From a virus (lineage: Duplodnaviria > Caudoviricetes): a stretch of DNA of 35,360 nt. Made by a program: the position numbers and the translations under genes. Positions 1 to 9,331 of this stretch are shown here, piece by piece (positions within the stretch are counted from its first letter, which is position 1; each line of letters opens with the position of its first letter). Where the stretch lies: the IMG/VR virus record IMGVR_UViG_3300020044_000597, positions 1 to 35,360 of that record; one strand, 5' to 3'. Under the pieces are notes generated by a model. The model did not search any database and was not told where the DNA came from. It saw only the letters and a program-made list of their open reading frames with translations.

Positions 1-3000
1 TCTTGAACATCATGTAATACATCGACACACCGTATCGCTTGTACATGAACATGATCTTGCCGATAGAGTTCTTGGCAAGCAGGGGTGCACTACCTGCGGA
101 CGCACCACCGTTCAGCAGTTCGGCAGTTTCCACGGCGTTCTTTGCAGCTTCAGTACGTGCAGCACTGTCGATCTTTCTACCGCTCTTGGTCATTCGGTCG
201 AGCTCAAGTTCGTATGCGGCAATCAGCGAAATCTGGCGGTTCATGCGCTCGCCGTGGTGGAAGATAAAACCAGACCAAGCGTTCACACGATTGAGCGGGG
301 TGGACTTATCGTCCATGTCCAAGATGTCATGCGTCATCGAACGGCTCAGCAGTCCGTAATCCTCGGCAATGTCAGACAACTCTTTCAAGCGTTTAACTTC
401 AGGTGGTACGTCTTTGGCATCGAAGTCGTAGTTGTCCAGCGAGAACCCAGACTTCAATTCGATCGTGGACTTACCGTCAGCGGTGGGCACCGTCATCTTG
501 GCGTTGCGCTTGAGCCCACTACCGAAGAACAAACGGGTGGCTGAGCCGATGGCTTTGGTTGTCTCGGAGTAGCCGTACTTACCGCCGAGGTAGGGCATCA
601 GCACCAGCGGCACCTGCGACATGTTGACCACGGCAGACGACACGTTGAAGCCCAGCGTCCAGCCGAATGCCATGGATGTCAGAGCCTTTGACCACGGTGC
701 GATGTCAGGGCTGACCAGCGTTTGGATGTGGCTGTTCAACTCGTCGGCCATGCCGCGAGCGACCTCAGTGTTGTTCTTCTCCTTGACGTACTTGTCAATG
801 TCGTCGCGCAGCTTGTACATCTTGCCGCTGTACTCAAGATTGGCCAACTGGTGGGCCATTCCCATAGAGCGGGTAAAGAACGCAGCAGGTGCATCGAAGC
901 TGAAGCCGGGCGTATTTTTACGCTTGCGGAACGCTTGGGCGAATGACGACTCCGGCAGTGTTGACAAGAACGTACGCATGATCTCATCGGTCACTTCTGG
1001 ATCGACCTTGTTGGCTTCAAGCGTTCGCAAGATAGAGTTCACGAAGGACGTAGGTGGGGCGTCCTTGTACGTACGCTTGGAGCTACCGGTGAAACGCTGG
1101 ATGTTCTTCACGGTCTTGTCAGTACCCAACTCTTTGATCGCACGTTCGCGCTCAACTGAGGTCTCGTAGTGCTCAACAAAATGCTCCATGTTGCCGTCAC
1201 GACCCTTGCCGTCGTACGACAGGCGATAGTCACCAGAACGTGTCAGGGGGAAGTACGGTTCAATTCTGCCCTTGGTAGCAAGCCGCTGATAGATTTCGGT
1301 CTTCAGCTTCTTGGCATCTTCCTTGTTCTCCATCGAGTTGTCGATACGGTTGAACATCAGGTCGAGCAAATCCTCATAGGTCTTGGCGTACGTATCGCGC
1401 ATCTGCTTGTAAACGCTCTGACCCTCGGGGCCAAGTTTGTTCCATCCAGCTTGCAGGTTGTCCCAAACTTTTTGCTTGTCTGCACCGCTGTCGGATTGCT
1501 TGCCCTTGTACTCACTGCGAGGCTTAGACGGGTCAACCTGCTCCAGCGTACTGGTGGCGATGACATCGTTCAGGATGGTTTCTTTCTCGGGGTTACCCTT
1601 CACCCAGTTCTGGATGCGTTTCATGGTAGCTTCAGCCGCACGTTTGCGCTTGTCAACCGCGCCACCCCAACGCTTCTCCAACTCGTCGAGTTGAGGTGCC
1701 ATAGGGATTTCTTTCTTGGCGACCTCAGTCAGTGCGTTCAGTGGCAGGCTACGAAGCACCGTCTTCTTAATTGCGGAGGGCACGCCCTCACGGAACAATT
1801 CGTAAATTCCACCGATGATCTTGTTGTCCAGCGCAGGCATCGACAGGATGCGGTCGTCCATGGCCCTGAAGACCGAAGAGCTCTTACCCAACAAAGCCGC
1901 CGAGAACAACGAGCCCGCATCTCGTGATTTAGGTGCAGGTGACAAGATGGTGTTGATCAGAGAGTCCGAAGCGTCGAGTGCGGTGCCCATGCCCTTGGTA
2001 CCCTTCCCCATGAGGGAACGTACGAAGTTGCGGATGGCGTGCATAAACCGTTGCAGCGCCGTGATTGCCTCACCCTTGGGGTTGATCGCAGCCAGCTTCT
2101 GTTGGAACTCTGGGTTGCTGAAAGCCTCGGCGACGAACTCGTCCAAAGACTGCGCACCGTACGCTGTGTCCAGCGAGTCCTTGACGTTGTTGTAAAGCTC
2201 CGTAAGTTGTTTGGTTACAGGGTGTGACTTGTTATCTATGACATGTGATGTAGCGGCATGTACCGACTCATGTAATAGCACGTGAAGGTTCGAGCCTTCT
2301 GCCGCGTCCAGCGTGATGGTGTCCGTCTTGGGGTCGTACAGGCCAGCAACCGGAACGCCCTCGGCGTTCTTCAAACCTGTGGCCAGTTCGACCTTGGTCT
2401 TGCCGATTGCGCCAGCCAACTTCTTGGCAATTTCGGAGGCACGGTCAAGGTTCTGCGAGCCCAGCATGGTCAGAGCACCGCGCAGGTCACCATCTTTCAG
2501 CGCCTTGCGGATGGCAGGGTGCATAGGCATGCCCAGTGCTACTGCATCACGTGCAAGTTCCAACTGATTGTTGTCCATCTGCTCTTTGGTGGCACGAGCG
2601 ATTTCCTGCTGCACATTGAACTGAGCGGAGCCTCGACGCACCTCAGCCTCGGAACTACCAAAGTAGTTCTCCATCTTTTGAGCCAGCGCCTTTTGGTCTG
2701 CCGCCGACAGTGACTCGTAGAACGCCTTGGCATACTTGCCGCCGCTCAGCGGAACAATCGAGGTTGTACCCTCGCGCCCGAATGCAACTTCACCGGGGAG
2801 CTTACCTTCGCGCAACTGAGCGTTGATGTCGTTGAGCGTGCTGATACGGGTGAGCAGTTTGAACTTCTCGAACATGGCCACGTACATGTCGTATGCCAAA
2901 TAGTCGAGCGCGTCAGACTTACTCTCTGCTTCCATCACTTGACCATACGCACCAAAACTTGCATTGGGTTCAGCCTTCTTAGGCTTCTCGGTCTTGGCTT

Positions 3001-5590
3001 TCGTATCAGCCTTGCGCTGAGCGTCTTCGGCGCGGTCGAGCATCTCACGTGCGGTGAGCGGCTTCTTGGCCTCGGGCTTAGCTTCCGGCTTAGGCTTAGC
3101 TTTCGACTCGGCCAGAGTGTCCAACGCCTCGGCAATCGCACCGGGGTTGGCAGCATCAGCGGCCTTGAGTTTCTGCACTGCGGCTTTCAACCGCCCAGCG
3201 GTCAAACTGAATTTAGCCAACGCCTTGTCCAACTCAGACTCAGGCTCTTCTTTCAGTGCAGTCGGCTTAGCACCTGCTCGTGTTCCAGCGTCAGCAGCAG
3301 GTTTCCCACTATCTCCCAGTCCAGCGGACTTAGGTGCTTCAGTTCGCTTGGTATCAGCAGGGGCTCCAGTGCGCTCGTCCTTTCGACCGCCCTCTTTGCG
3401 ATCTTCAGCGCGAGCTCCAGTTCCTCCAGTGACATCTCCTGCGTCCTTATCACGTCCTCGTTCAGCAGGTTTTCCGGCTGCGGGTTTTGTTGCAGTCGCA
3501 TCTTTTTTACCTTCCTTGGTAGCCTTGGCTGACTTAGCGGGGACGAACATGTCACCCTGCTTAGCCAGACCGCCAAACGCTTGCATCGCTAATTTTTCGA
3601 CCGCATCCTTAGTAGACGCGGACAGGTTTTGGTTCTCTCTGATACGCCCGAATATGTTCGCAACGACAGGCTGTTGGGCGGTGTCCGCCATGTCCATGTT
3701 GAGCAACTGCTTATAAAACCCAGACTGCTTAGGCAGCCCAGCGCCAGCCAACACCTCGGGTGTCAGTACGGTTGGGAACGGTGCTGTGGATGTGTACGAA
3801 CGTGGAGTTTCGCCGGAACGCCCGGTGAATTCTGCTTCCTGTGAAGCCAACTCCTCGTCGGAGAAGGCTTGGGGGGCTGCGCCCTTTGGTTTACCCATAC
3901 CGGGGAAACCCATCTGTTCAGGTACACGTTGTGACTTCTTCTCGGGCACCGCTGCTTCCATCGCGGCGTTTTCTGCGGGTGCCGACGGTTCTACTTCGGG
4001 TGCCGTTGGTGTTGGTTCTTCGGCCAGCCGCACGTCATACGCCCGGTTGATGAGGCCACGCTCGCGGTCTGTCAGGTTGGTGTTGGCGATACCCTCCGCT
4101 TTGAGGGCACGAACAAATAACTTGGGGATGTTTTTAACATCGGATGCGACGAGCGGCAGTAACAACTGGAGGCGTTTATCCTCAGCCGTTTTCTCCTCTT
4201 TGGCTTTAATGCGGCCATCGAGTTCAGCAATGTCCGACTCCATCTTGAGTCGTTCTTTCTTGGCGGCATCTGCACCCTCAGTGGCTACCATGCGCTCAAT
4301 GTCAGCGGTCTCCAATTCGTCGATCATGTCGCGGGATTGGGTATCGCGTTTGGCCGTATCTTCTTTCGCCGCAACCACCTCATCCGCAGGGGTGCCTGCA
4401 ACGCGCCCTCGGCCCGGCACTTCTACAGTACCATCCGCACGTTCCATACCGGGCAGGTCAAGTTGGCCCTTGCTTGGCTCTTGCGCGAAGGCTTCGGTCA
4501 ACGCAGCTTCTTTGCCGCGACGCGCAAGGTTTTGGTCGAACGATGACAGCCCAGCCAGTGGGTCAGAGGTGCGCAGGTCTTCCTCACGTTGACGTGCGCT
4601 GCCGTCTTTGGACTTCCGGTATTCGTCGTATTCGGCCTTGGAGGTAATGACGGAGCCATCAGGCAACGCCACAGGTGTGAACGGCTCAGCGGTGTACCCC
4701 AGCAGTTGTTGTTCGGGGGTCTTGGTCCCCTCGGGTGTCGGGGCTTCTTTATCTTCACCCAACGCCGCACGACGAGCCTTGCGGCCCACTGTCATGTCAA
4801 TGATCAAGCTGGCTAGTGCACCGACTCCAGCGCCATAGGCACCTTCTTCTCCTGAGCCGACGAGAATTTCCTGCTTGGGGTCGTAGACTCCTTTGGCGAT
4901 CAGGTTTTGTGCAACTTTCTGGGCCGCTTCTGTTAAACCTTCAACGCCGCCACGCGCCAGCGCGGTTCCCATGATGCTCTTAAATGGTTTGATCTGCGGT
5001 GCAAGGATGTCCAGCAAACCAGTAGGCGCACCGAGGACAGTAGCAAGGGCACGTTCGCTTCCGGTCGCGCCCTTGGCTTCAGCAGATTCACGTGCTTCAC
5101 CAGCGCCAGCGGCGACACCAAGACCAGCACCAGCAGCGCGACCAGCTAACCCGAGTGGGCCAAGCGCAAAGAACGGCAGGGTCGAGCCCAAGCCCTCACC
5201 CAGCTTACGCATTACTGAGTCTTCGTACCCAGCATTGGCTTCAAATGGCTTTTTGGCAATACCAGCGAGTTCTTTGATTTTCTCGCGTGCAGCCTTTTCT
5301 GTATCGTCGGGCAGCATCGACGCGACACCAGTTCCCGCTGTTTCGACCAGACCGATCGCACCGGGTACCAACCCCTTGCCGAACTCTTTGATGCTTCCAC
5401 CAACAGTAGGTTTTGGCTTGAGCAATGTCTCACGTTCAGCGCGTAGCTGTTGCAAGCGGGATTCAAGGTCGGCGTCCTCCGAAGGAGTCGATTGCATGGA
5501 TTGTGCAATCCGTGCTAACCGTTGGGCGGCTTGAGTGTCCCCCGCCGCATCTGCGTTTCGCAGTGCGGTCAGCACAGTTTGCAAATCCAT
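1..5590 (-). CDS. Large polyvalent (ejected/internal virion) protein, >1860 aa, 3' end outside the window; zincin-like metallopeptidase and PLxRFG regions
   Basis: Not in the ORF track because it has no stop in the window. ATG at 5590, 1 nt after the upstream TGA, reads MDLQTVLTALRNADAAGDTQAAQRLA. The same frame reads GLYDPKTDTITL..LLHESVH (HExxH at 2258-2272)..DEFVAEAFSNPEFQ, then PYFPLTRSG (1232-1258), and is still open at position 2 (..KIMFMYKRYGVSMYYMMFK). Segments were translated by hand. Confidence 0.85.
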   Translation of the reverse strand, partial: MDLQTVLTALRNADAAGDTQAAQRLARIAQSMQSTPSEDADLESRLQQLRAERETLLKPKPTVGGSIKEFGKGLVPGAIGLVETAGTGVASMLPDDTEKAAREKIKELAGIAKKPFEANAGYEDSVMRKLGEGLGSTLPFFALGPLGLAGRAAGAGLGVAAGAGEARESAEAKGATGSERALATVLGAPTGLLDILAPQIKPFKSIMGTALARGGVEGLTEAAQKVAQNLIAKGVYDPKQEILVGSGEEGAYGAGVGALASLIIDMTVGRKARRAALGEDKEAPTPEGTKTPEQQLLGYTAEPFTPVALPDGSVITSKAEYDEYRKSKDGSARQREEDLRTSDPLAGLSSFDQNLARRGKEAALTEAFAQEPSKGQLDLPGMERADGTVEVPGRGRVAGTPADEVVAAKEDTAKRDTQSRDMIDELETADIERMVATEGADAAKKERLKMESDIAELDGRIKAKEEKTAEDKRLQLLLPLVASDVKNIPKLFVRALKAEGIANTNLTDRERGLINRAYDVRLAEEPTPTAPEVEPSAPAENAAMEAAVPEKKSQRVPEQMGFPGMGKPKGAAPQAFSDEELASQEAEFTGRSGETPRSYTSTAPFPTVLTPEVLAGAGLPKQSGFYKQLLNMDMADTAQQPVVANIFGRIRENQNLSASTKDAVEKLAMQAFGGLAKQGDMFVPAKSAKATKEGKKDATATKPAAGKPAERGRDKDAGDVTGGTGARAEDRKEGGRKDERTGAPADTKRTEAPKSAGLGDSGKPAADAGTRAGAKPTALKEEPESELDKALAKFSLTAGRLKAAVQKLKAADAANPGAIAEALDTLAESKAKPKPEAKPEAKKPLTAREMLDRAEDAQRKADTKAKTEKPKKAEPNASFGAYGQVMEAESKSDALDYLAYDMYVAMFEKFKLLTRISTLNDINAQLREGKLPGEVAFGREGTTSIVPLSGGKYAKAFYESLSAADQKALAQKMENYFGSSEAEVRRGSAQFNVQQEIARATKEQMDNNQLELARDAVALGMPMHPAIRKALKDGDLRGALTMLGSQNLDRASEIAKKLAGAIGKTKVELATGLKNAEGVPVAGLYDPKTDTITLDAAEGSNLHVLLHESVHAATSHVIDNKSHPVTKQLTELYNNVKDSLDTAYGAQSLDEFVAEAFSNPEFQQKLAAINPKGEAITALQRFMHAIRNFVRSLMGKGTKGMGTALDASDSLINTILSPAPKSRDAGSLFSAALLGKSSSVFRAMDDRILSMPALDNKIIGGIYELFREGVPSAIKKTVLRSLPLNALTEVAKKEIPMAPQLDELEKRWGGAVDKRKRAAEATMKRIQNWVKGNPEKETILNDVIATSTLEQVDPSKPRSEYKGKQSDSGADKQKVWDNLQAGWNKLGPEGQSVYKQMRDTYAKTYEDLLDLMFNRIDNSMENKEDAKKLKTEIYQRLATKGRIEPYFPLTRSGDYRLSYDGKGRDGNMEHFVEHYETSVERERAIKELGTDKTVKNIQRFTGSSKRTYKDAPPTSFVNSILRTLEANKVDPEVTDEIMRTFLSTLPESSFAQAFRKRKNTPGFSFDAPAAFFTRSMGMAHQLANLEYSGKMYKLRDDIDKYVKEKNNTEVARGMADELNSHIQTLVSPDIAPWSKALTSMAFGWTLGFNVSSAVVNMSQVPLVLMPYLGGKYGYSETTKAIGSATRLFFGSGLKRNAKMTVPTADGKSTIELKSGFSLDNYDFDAKDVPPEVKRLKELSDIAEDYGLLSRSMTHDILDMDDKSTPLNRVNAWSGFIFHHGERMNRQISLIAAYELELDRMTKSGRKIDSAARTEAAKNAVETAELLNGGASAGSAPLLAKNSIGKIMFMYKRYGVSMYYMMFK
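3253..3501 (-). CDS. Putative overprinted 82-aa protein in the +1 frame of the polyvalent gene
   Basis: SD-like AAGGAAGGT 7 nt before ATG 3501. The nested frame uses CTG/GAG-type codons while the host frame is forced to GGA/CGA/ACT/GCT. The product looks helical (MSLEELELALKIAKR..PSELKHLSPLDWEIVGNLLLTLEHEQVLSRLH). Confidence 0.65.
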   Translation of the reverse strand: MRLQQNPQPENLLNEDVIRTQEMSLEELELALKIAKRAVERTSALEPLLIPSELKHLSPLDWEIVGNLLLTLEHEQVLSRLH

Positions 5591-5591
5591 G

Positions 5592-7409
5592 TCACTTACC
5601 TTTCGTGTACTTTTCGATCGCTGCCTTGTCTTCCGCAGTCAGGTCAGACACACCCAGTTTCTGACGTGCCGATTGCAACACAGGCTCCATCTCTTTGCGA
5701 ATCTTGGCTTTCTGAATCTGGAGTTGGGTCTTTGCAATATCCAACTGATTCTTCTGTGCAGCGTCTATTTTGCCTGACTGCTCAGCCATGAGCAACATAC
5801 CGTTCTGCTTGGAGAAGTCGTCGTCCAAACGGCGTTCAAGTTCTTGCACTCTTCCGACAGTAGCCGAGTAAACAGTGCGAGCCTTCTCGAATGACAAGCC
5901 TTCACGTGCTGCGGCAGTGGCTGCGTTTTGCGCACCAATCTTGAGTTTCTCAATGTCGCGGTCGAGGGCTTTGTCTCTGGAGCCCACATCGGTGCCGTAC
6001 ACATTGGCGGCTGATGCAATCCCTTGGCGTTGGGTTATTGCACCTTCTTTCGACACCGCGGCACCCGAGTCTATACCCGCCTTTACGTTGGCCCGGTCAA
6101 TACCGATAAGCCCGGTACGAGCGCCCTGAACATCCCCAAACTCTTTGAGCTTGGCAGCACGCATCTTGTCGTCGTAATTCATGCCAGCTTCGGCAGCACC
6201 AGCGAGTTCACCGTATCGACGGCCCCCGGCACCAATCAAGGCGCGTTTGAGACCTTCGCGGCGGAGCCGCTCGGGGTCGTACTGTTCTTTGTACATACCC
6301 TGCAATCCAGCGATGCCTTCCTCATATACCGCACGTTGTTCGGGCGTGAGGGCCATGCGCTTTTCAACCCGTGCTTCCTCGTCCCGACCCTGCTTCATGT
6401 AATCTAACTCAGCAGCCGTGATAGATGCTTTCTTGACGCGTTCATCAAAGCCGGGGGTAGCGGGCGCGGCAGGGGCGGCAGGGCCAGCGGCGGCAGGGCC
6501 AGCGGGCGCGGCACCGGGCATCGGGGGCTTCGCAGCAACAGGTGCAACCGGGGGAGCCTTAACGACTGACGGCGCTGGTGGGGGCACGGCGGCTTGAGGG
6601 CCAGCGGCAGCGGTCGCTTGCGCTTCGGATACTGAGGCGGAAGTTCCGGGAGAAGTAGGGCGGGCGGTAGCGGGAGCTCCGGGTAGGTCCAGCGGTTTAC
6701 GGTCGAACAGACGGCTTGGGGGGATTGCTGCACCCCCGCGCTCGGCCAGCATTTGCTGGCGTTCTGCCTCCCGTGCGGAGTCGCGTGATGCTGTGCGTTC
6801 CTTGCTAATTTGCAAGTCCAACTCCAGCATGCGGCGGCTGTATTCCGCGGGAGTCTCACCATCCAAGCGTTTACGGCGTGGGTCTTCCACCATCGAACCT
6901 TCAGGGCCAGCGTACCCAACGATACCGCCAGAAGCAAACATCTTTGGCTGGGCAGCAGCACCCGCGCCGGGGGCAGTAGCAATACCGCTCATCATCTTCT
7001 GCATCGCAGCTTGCTGGTCACCAGCCTGCTTTTGAGCCGTATCCCCACGCTGCTGGGCGAGTTCGTTCTTGGTCAGTTCACTAACCTCTTGCTCGCGTTG
7101 CTGCGCCACGGTCATATTGGCTTGACCATCTTGGGCGTTTTGCTGAGCCATCTGCAACTGCATCTGGCGTGCGGCTGCATCCTTTTGCGATTTGATCTTT
7201 TGAAGTGCCAACAGATCAAGCAGGTCTTGGCTCATCGCGTAGCGTTGTTCCAATGGCTTAGTGTCACCTTGATAGGCGGAAACACGATCGTCCACACTCC
7301 CCAACCCAGCCATAGGGCTGGCTTTTCCGGGGGTAGGCATTTGAGGTGCTTGCGGACGCTGTTGCATAAGTCCTGCAATACCTTGGGGATTGGCGTTTGG
7401 TACTGACAT
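5592..7409 (-). CDS. Probable internal virion/ejection protein, 605 aa (Q/A-rich helices, Pro/Ala linker)
   Basis: Long ORF with SD AAGGA, located in the ejection-gene block; contains KMFASGG. Confidence 0.7.
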   Translation of the reverse strand: MSVPNANPQGIAGLMQQRPQAPQMPTPGKASPMAGLGSVDDRVSAYQGDTKPLEQRYAMSQDLLDLLALQKIKSQKDAAARQMQLQMAQQNAQDGQANMTVAQQREQEVSELTKNELAQQRGDTAQKQAGDQQAAMQKMMSGIATAPGAGAAAQPKMFASGGIVGYAGPEGSMVEDPRRKRLDGETPAEYSRRMLELDLQISKERTASRDSAREAERQQMLAERGGAAIPPSRLFDRKPLDLPGAPATARPTSPGTSASVSEAQATAAAGPQAAVPPPAPSVVKAPPVAPVAAKPPMPGAAPAGPAAAGPAAPAAPATPGFDERVKKASITAAELDYMKQGRDEEARVEKRMALTPEQRAVYEEGIAGLQGMYKEQYDPERLRREGLKRALIGAGGRRYGELAGAAEAGMNYDDKMRAAKLKEFGDVQGARTGLIGIDRANVKAGIDSGAAVSKEGAITQRQGIASAANVYGTDVGSRDKALDRDIEKLKIGAQNAATAAAREGLSFEKARTVYSATVGRVQELERRLDDDFSKQNGMLLMAEQSGKIDAAQKNQLDIAKTQLQIQKAKIRKEMEPVLQSARQKLGVSDLTAEDKAAIEKYTKGK

Positions 7410-7418
7410 AGTGCGTCC

Positions 7419-8360
7419 TTATGGGTTCGGTGGCGTAGGTGCTACAGGCGTGGTTGCCGCAGGTGTAGTAGTGCCCGAACCCGAGCCGGTTGTGCCGGGT
7501 GACGTGGTTGTCTTCGTCTTCGCCGGATCGGGGAACATTCGATCGTACAAGTCCATCATGCCGCCACCACCACTGAGAATTTGAGACAGCGCACTTGGTT
7601 CCGAATACGAGTACGTCTGGGCGGCGAGTGGCAGACCTTGGAGTAAGGACTGCTGGTACTGCACCTGTTTGTACGGGTACTCGCGCTGGGTGTTGAACTC
7701 GTTGACATCAGCGGTAATGCCTTGCTGTTCAATGTCACGCTGCACCGCACCCGCCTCGCCTTGTCTCTGGAGCGCGGCCAGCCCGTACTGATTGGTGGCG
7801 TCTTGGGCGGTCTGCCCACGGCCTTGCTCGACGTTAAACTGCGCCATGGCTTTGTCGTAGGCGTCTGAATAACCTTTGCCAGTAATACCCGCGAGTGTCT
7901 GCATGGTATTGCGCTGGTTCTCGGACTCCATCAGGGCACCTCGGGTACCGCCGAACGCGCCAGCCTTAGTCGCTGCGGCGCGGTTTTGCAGATTCATGAT
8001 TTCCGCTTGGCGCTTAGCCTCCTCGATTTGGGGCGCTAAGCCTTCCATGAGGTACGGATTCATGTAGTTTTGAGCATGCACAGCCGAGAACTGCTCCGGG
8101 GTGAACGCGCCCATCTGACTTGTGGGGACGGTCAAGCCCGCGATGCCTTGGAATGCGGTTTTCTGAAGGTCAGACTCCCCCGCAGATAGCGGCCCACCAT
8201 AGGCTTGGTATCCTTGGTTTGAAAGTGCTTGCCCTTTAGCTAACATGTCCGTGACATACGGCCCTGCCCAGTTAGAGAGCGACGACTCGGTGCCCGTTTG
8301 CTGGCCAACCCCGGTGTTGGCGGTTGCGGCGGTTGCAGTAGTAGTTGGTGCTGTTGCCAT
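7419..8360 (-). CDS. Probable ejection (DNA transfer/pilot) protein, 313 aa
   Basis: SD GAGGT; Q/A/G-rich with YMNPY and GAFGGTRG segments reminiscent of podoviral ejection proteins; synteny. Confidence 0.7.
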   Translation of the reverse strand: MATAPTTTATAATANTGVGQQTGTESSLSNWAGPYVTDMLAKGQALSNQGYQAYGGPLSAGESDLQKTAFQGIAGLTVPTSQMGAFTPEQFSAVHAQNYMNPYLMEGLAPQIEEAKRQAEIMNLQNRAAATKAGAFGGTRGALMESENQRNTMQTLAGITGKGYSDAYDKAMAQFNVEQGRGQTAQDATNQYGLAALQRQGEAGAVQRDIEQQGITADVNEFNTQREYPYKQVQYQQSLLQGLPLAAQTYSYSEPSALSQILSGGGGMMDLYDRMFPDPAKTKTTTSPGTTGSGSGTTTPAATTPVAPTPPNP

Positions 8361-8368
8361 GTCTTACC

Positions 8369-9331
8369 TCACTTGGGCAAAAATTTATTGGGGTTGACCT
8401 GCCTGCCTTGCTTGGTCGTACCAGTACGCGCTTGGCGAATCCGGGCCATCATCTCATACAGGCGCTTTGCGCCAGCTTCGGAGTTTCCGTTGCCAAGGTG
8501 CCCAACAACATCTGCGGGTATAACAAACTCACCATGACTTAATCGGGCCTCTTGTTTTCCACCAATCCGTGCGGGAATTTTATCAGCCATACCGTCGGTT
8601 GCACCACCTAAATATCGACCCTTGGCCATCTCAGCAATACCACCAGCCGCGTATTTCGGCACCGGTAGCTTGTCGATTACCTTGGACGCAGGTTTGTCCT
8701 CAGACTTTGCAGCGGCTTTCTTCTCTGCACCTGCCTGAAGAACGGTGCGTTCTTGACGTGCGGGATTGGATTTGTTCAGAGCTTCCAACCCTTTGGCTTC
8801 TTCCTTCGCGGCGGCGCGGGCAGTAGCAGCACCTTCAGGTGCCACAAACTTGGTGCTGGAGAAGTAGTTCTGGGCAGCACTACCCGGACGGCGAGTGGGG
8901 TCATAGGTGTTGGCCACTGTCTCACGCACTGCTTCGTACGTAGGGATGCCGCCTTGGTAGCCTGTCTTCTCAGGTTTTTGCTGACTCTGGTACATACCGT
9001 ACACCCCACCAGCAGCCGCAGCGACGTTCCTCCAGTCGATTGAACCATCCGGCTTCTTAAACGCATTGACAAGTTTGTCCGCGGCGGCGCTCCCGAGCTT
9101 TGACAGCACATTGCCAACGCTAAGCTGGCTTTCTTTGTCAAGGTACCGCATATCGTACGGCGTACCGTTAGGGTCAGTCCACACCCCACCTGTATACGAC
9201 CACCCAGCCATATCGTCGGTGCCGGAAGTGTTGTCTAGTTGCCCAAGCCCCGCACCCCCACCGGTATATGTGTCATCCGCCTCGGTAATGTACTCTCCGG
9301 TAATCTCGTCGTAGTAGCCTGCCATGATCAT
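8369..9331 (-). CDS. Internal virion protein, about 320 aa, with C-terminal D-x-IPA..LS-x-GEFV domain
   Basis: ATGA overlap with the upstream gene (alternative ATG at 9325); contains KYAAGG and DGMADKIPA..RLSHGEFVIPADVV. Confidence 0.7.
   Translation of the reverse strand: MIMAGYYDEITGEYITEADDTYTGGGAGLGQLDNTSGTDDMAGWSYTGGVWTDPNGTPYDMRYLDKESQLSVGNVLSKLGSAAADKLVNAFKKPDGSIDWRNVAAAAGGVYGMYQSQQKPEKTGYQGGIPTYEAVRETVANTYDPTRRPGSAAQNYFSSTKFVAPEGAATARAAAKEEAKGLEALNKSNPARQERTVLQAGAEKKAAAKSEDKPASKVIDKLPVPKYAAGGIAEMAKGRYLGGATDGMADKIPARIGGKQEARLSHGEFVIPADVVGHLGNGNSEAGAKRLYEMMARIRQARTGTTKQGRQVNPNKFLPK

Noticed and set aside
3502-3508. A AAA AAG as a dnaX-type -1 frameshift site
   Set aside because: It is not in the required phase for the host frame (GGT AAA AAA GAT); better read as the spacer between the SD and the nested ATG.
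39-5534. Many plus-strand ORFs of 60-270 aa
   Set aside because: Antisense shadows of the long minus-strand CDS, with no motifs or convincing SD.
6450-6700. GC-rich quasi-repeats and G runs
   Set aside because: Explained by a Pro/Ala-rich linker; no regular spacers, so not CRISPR.
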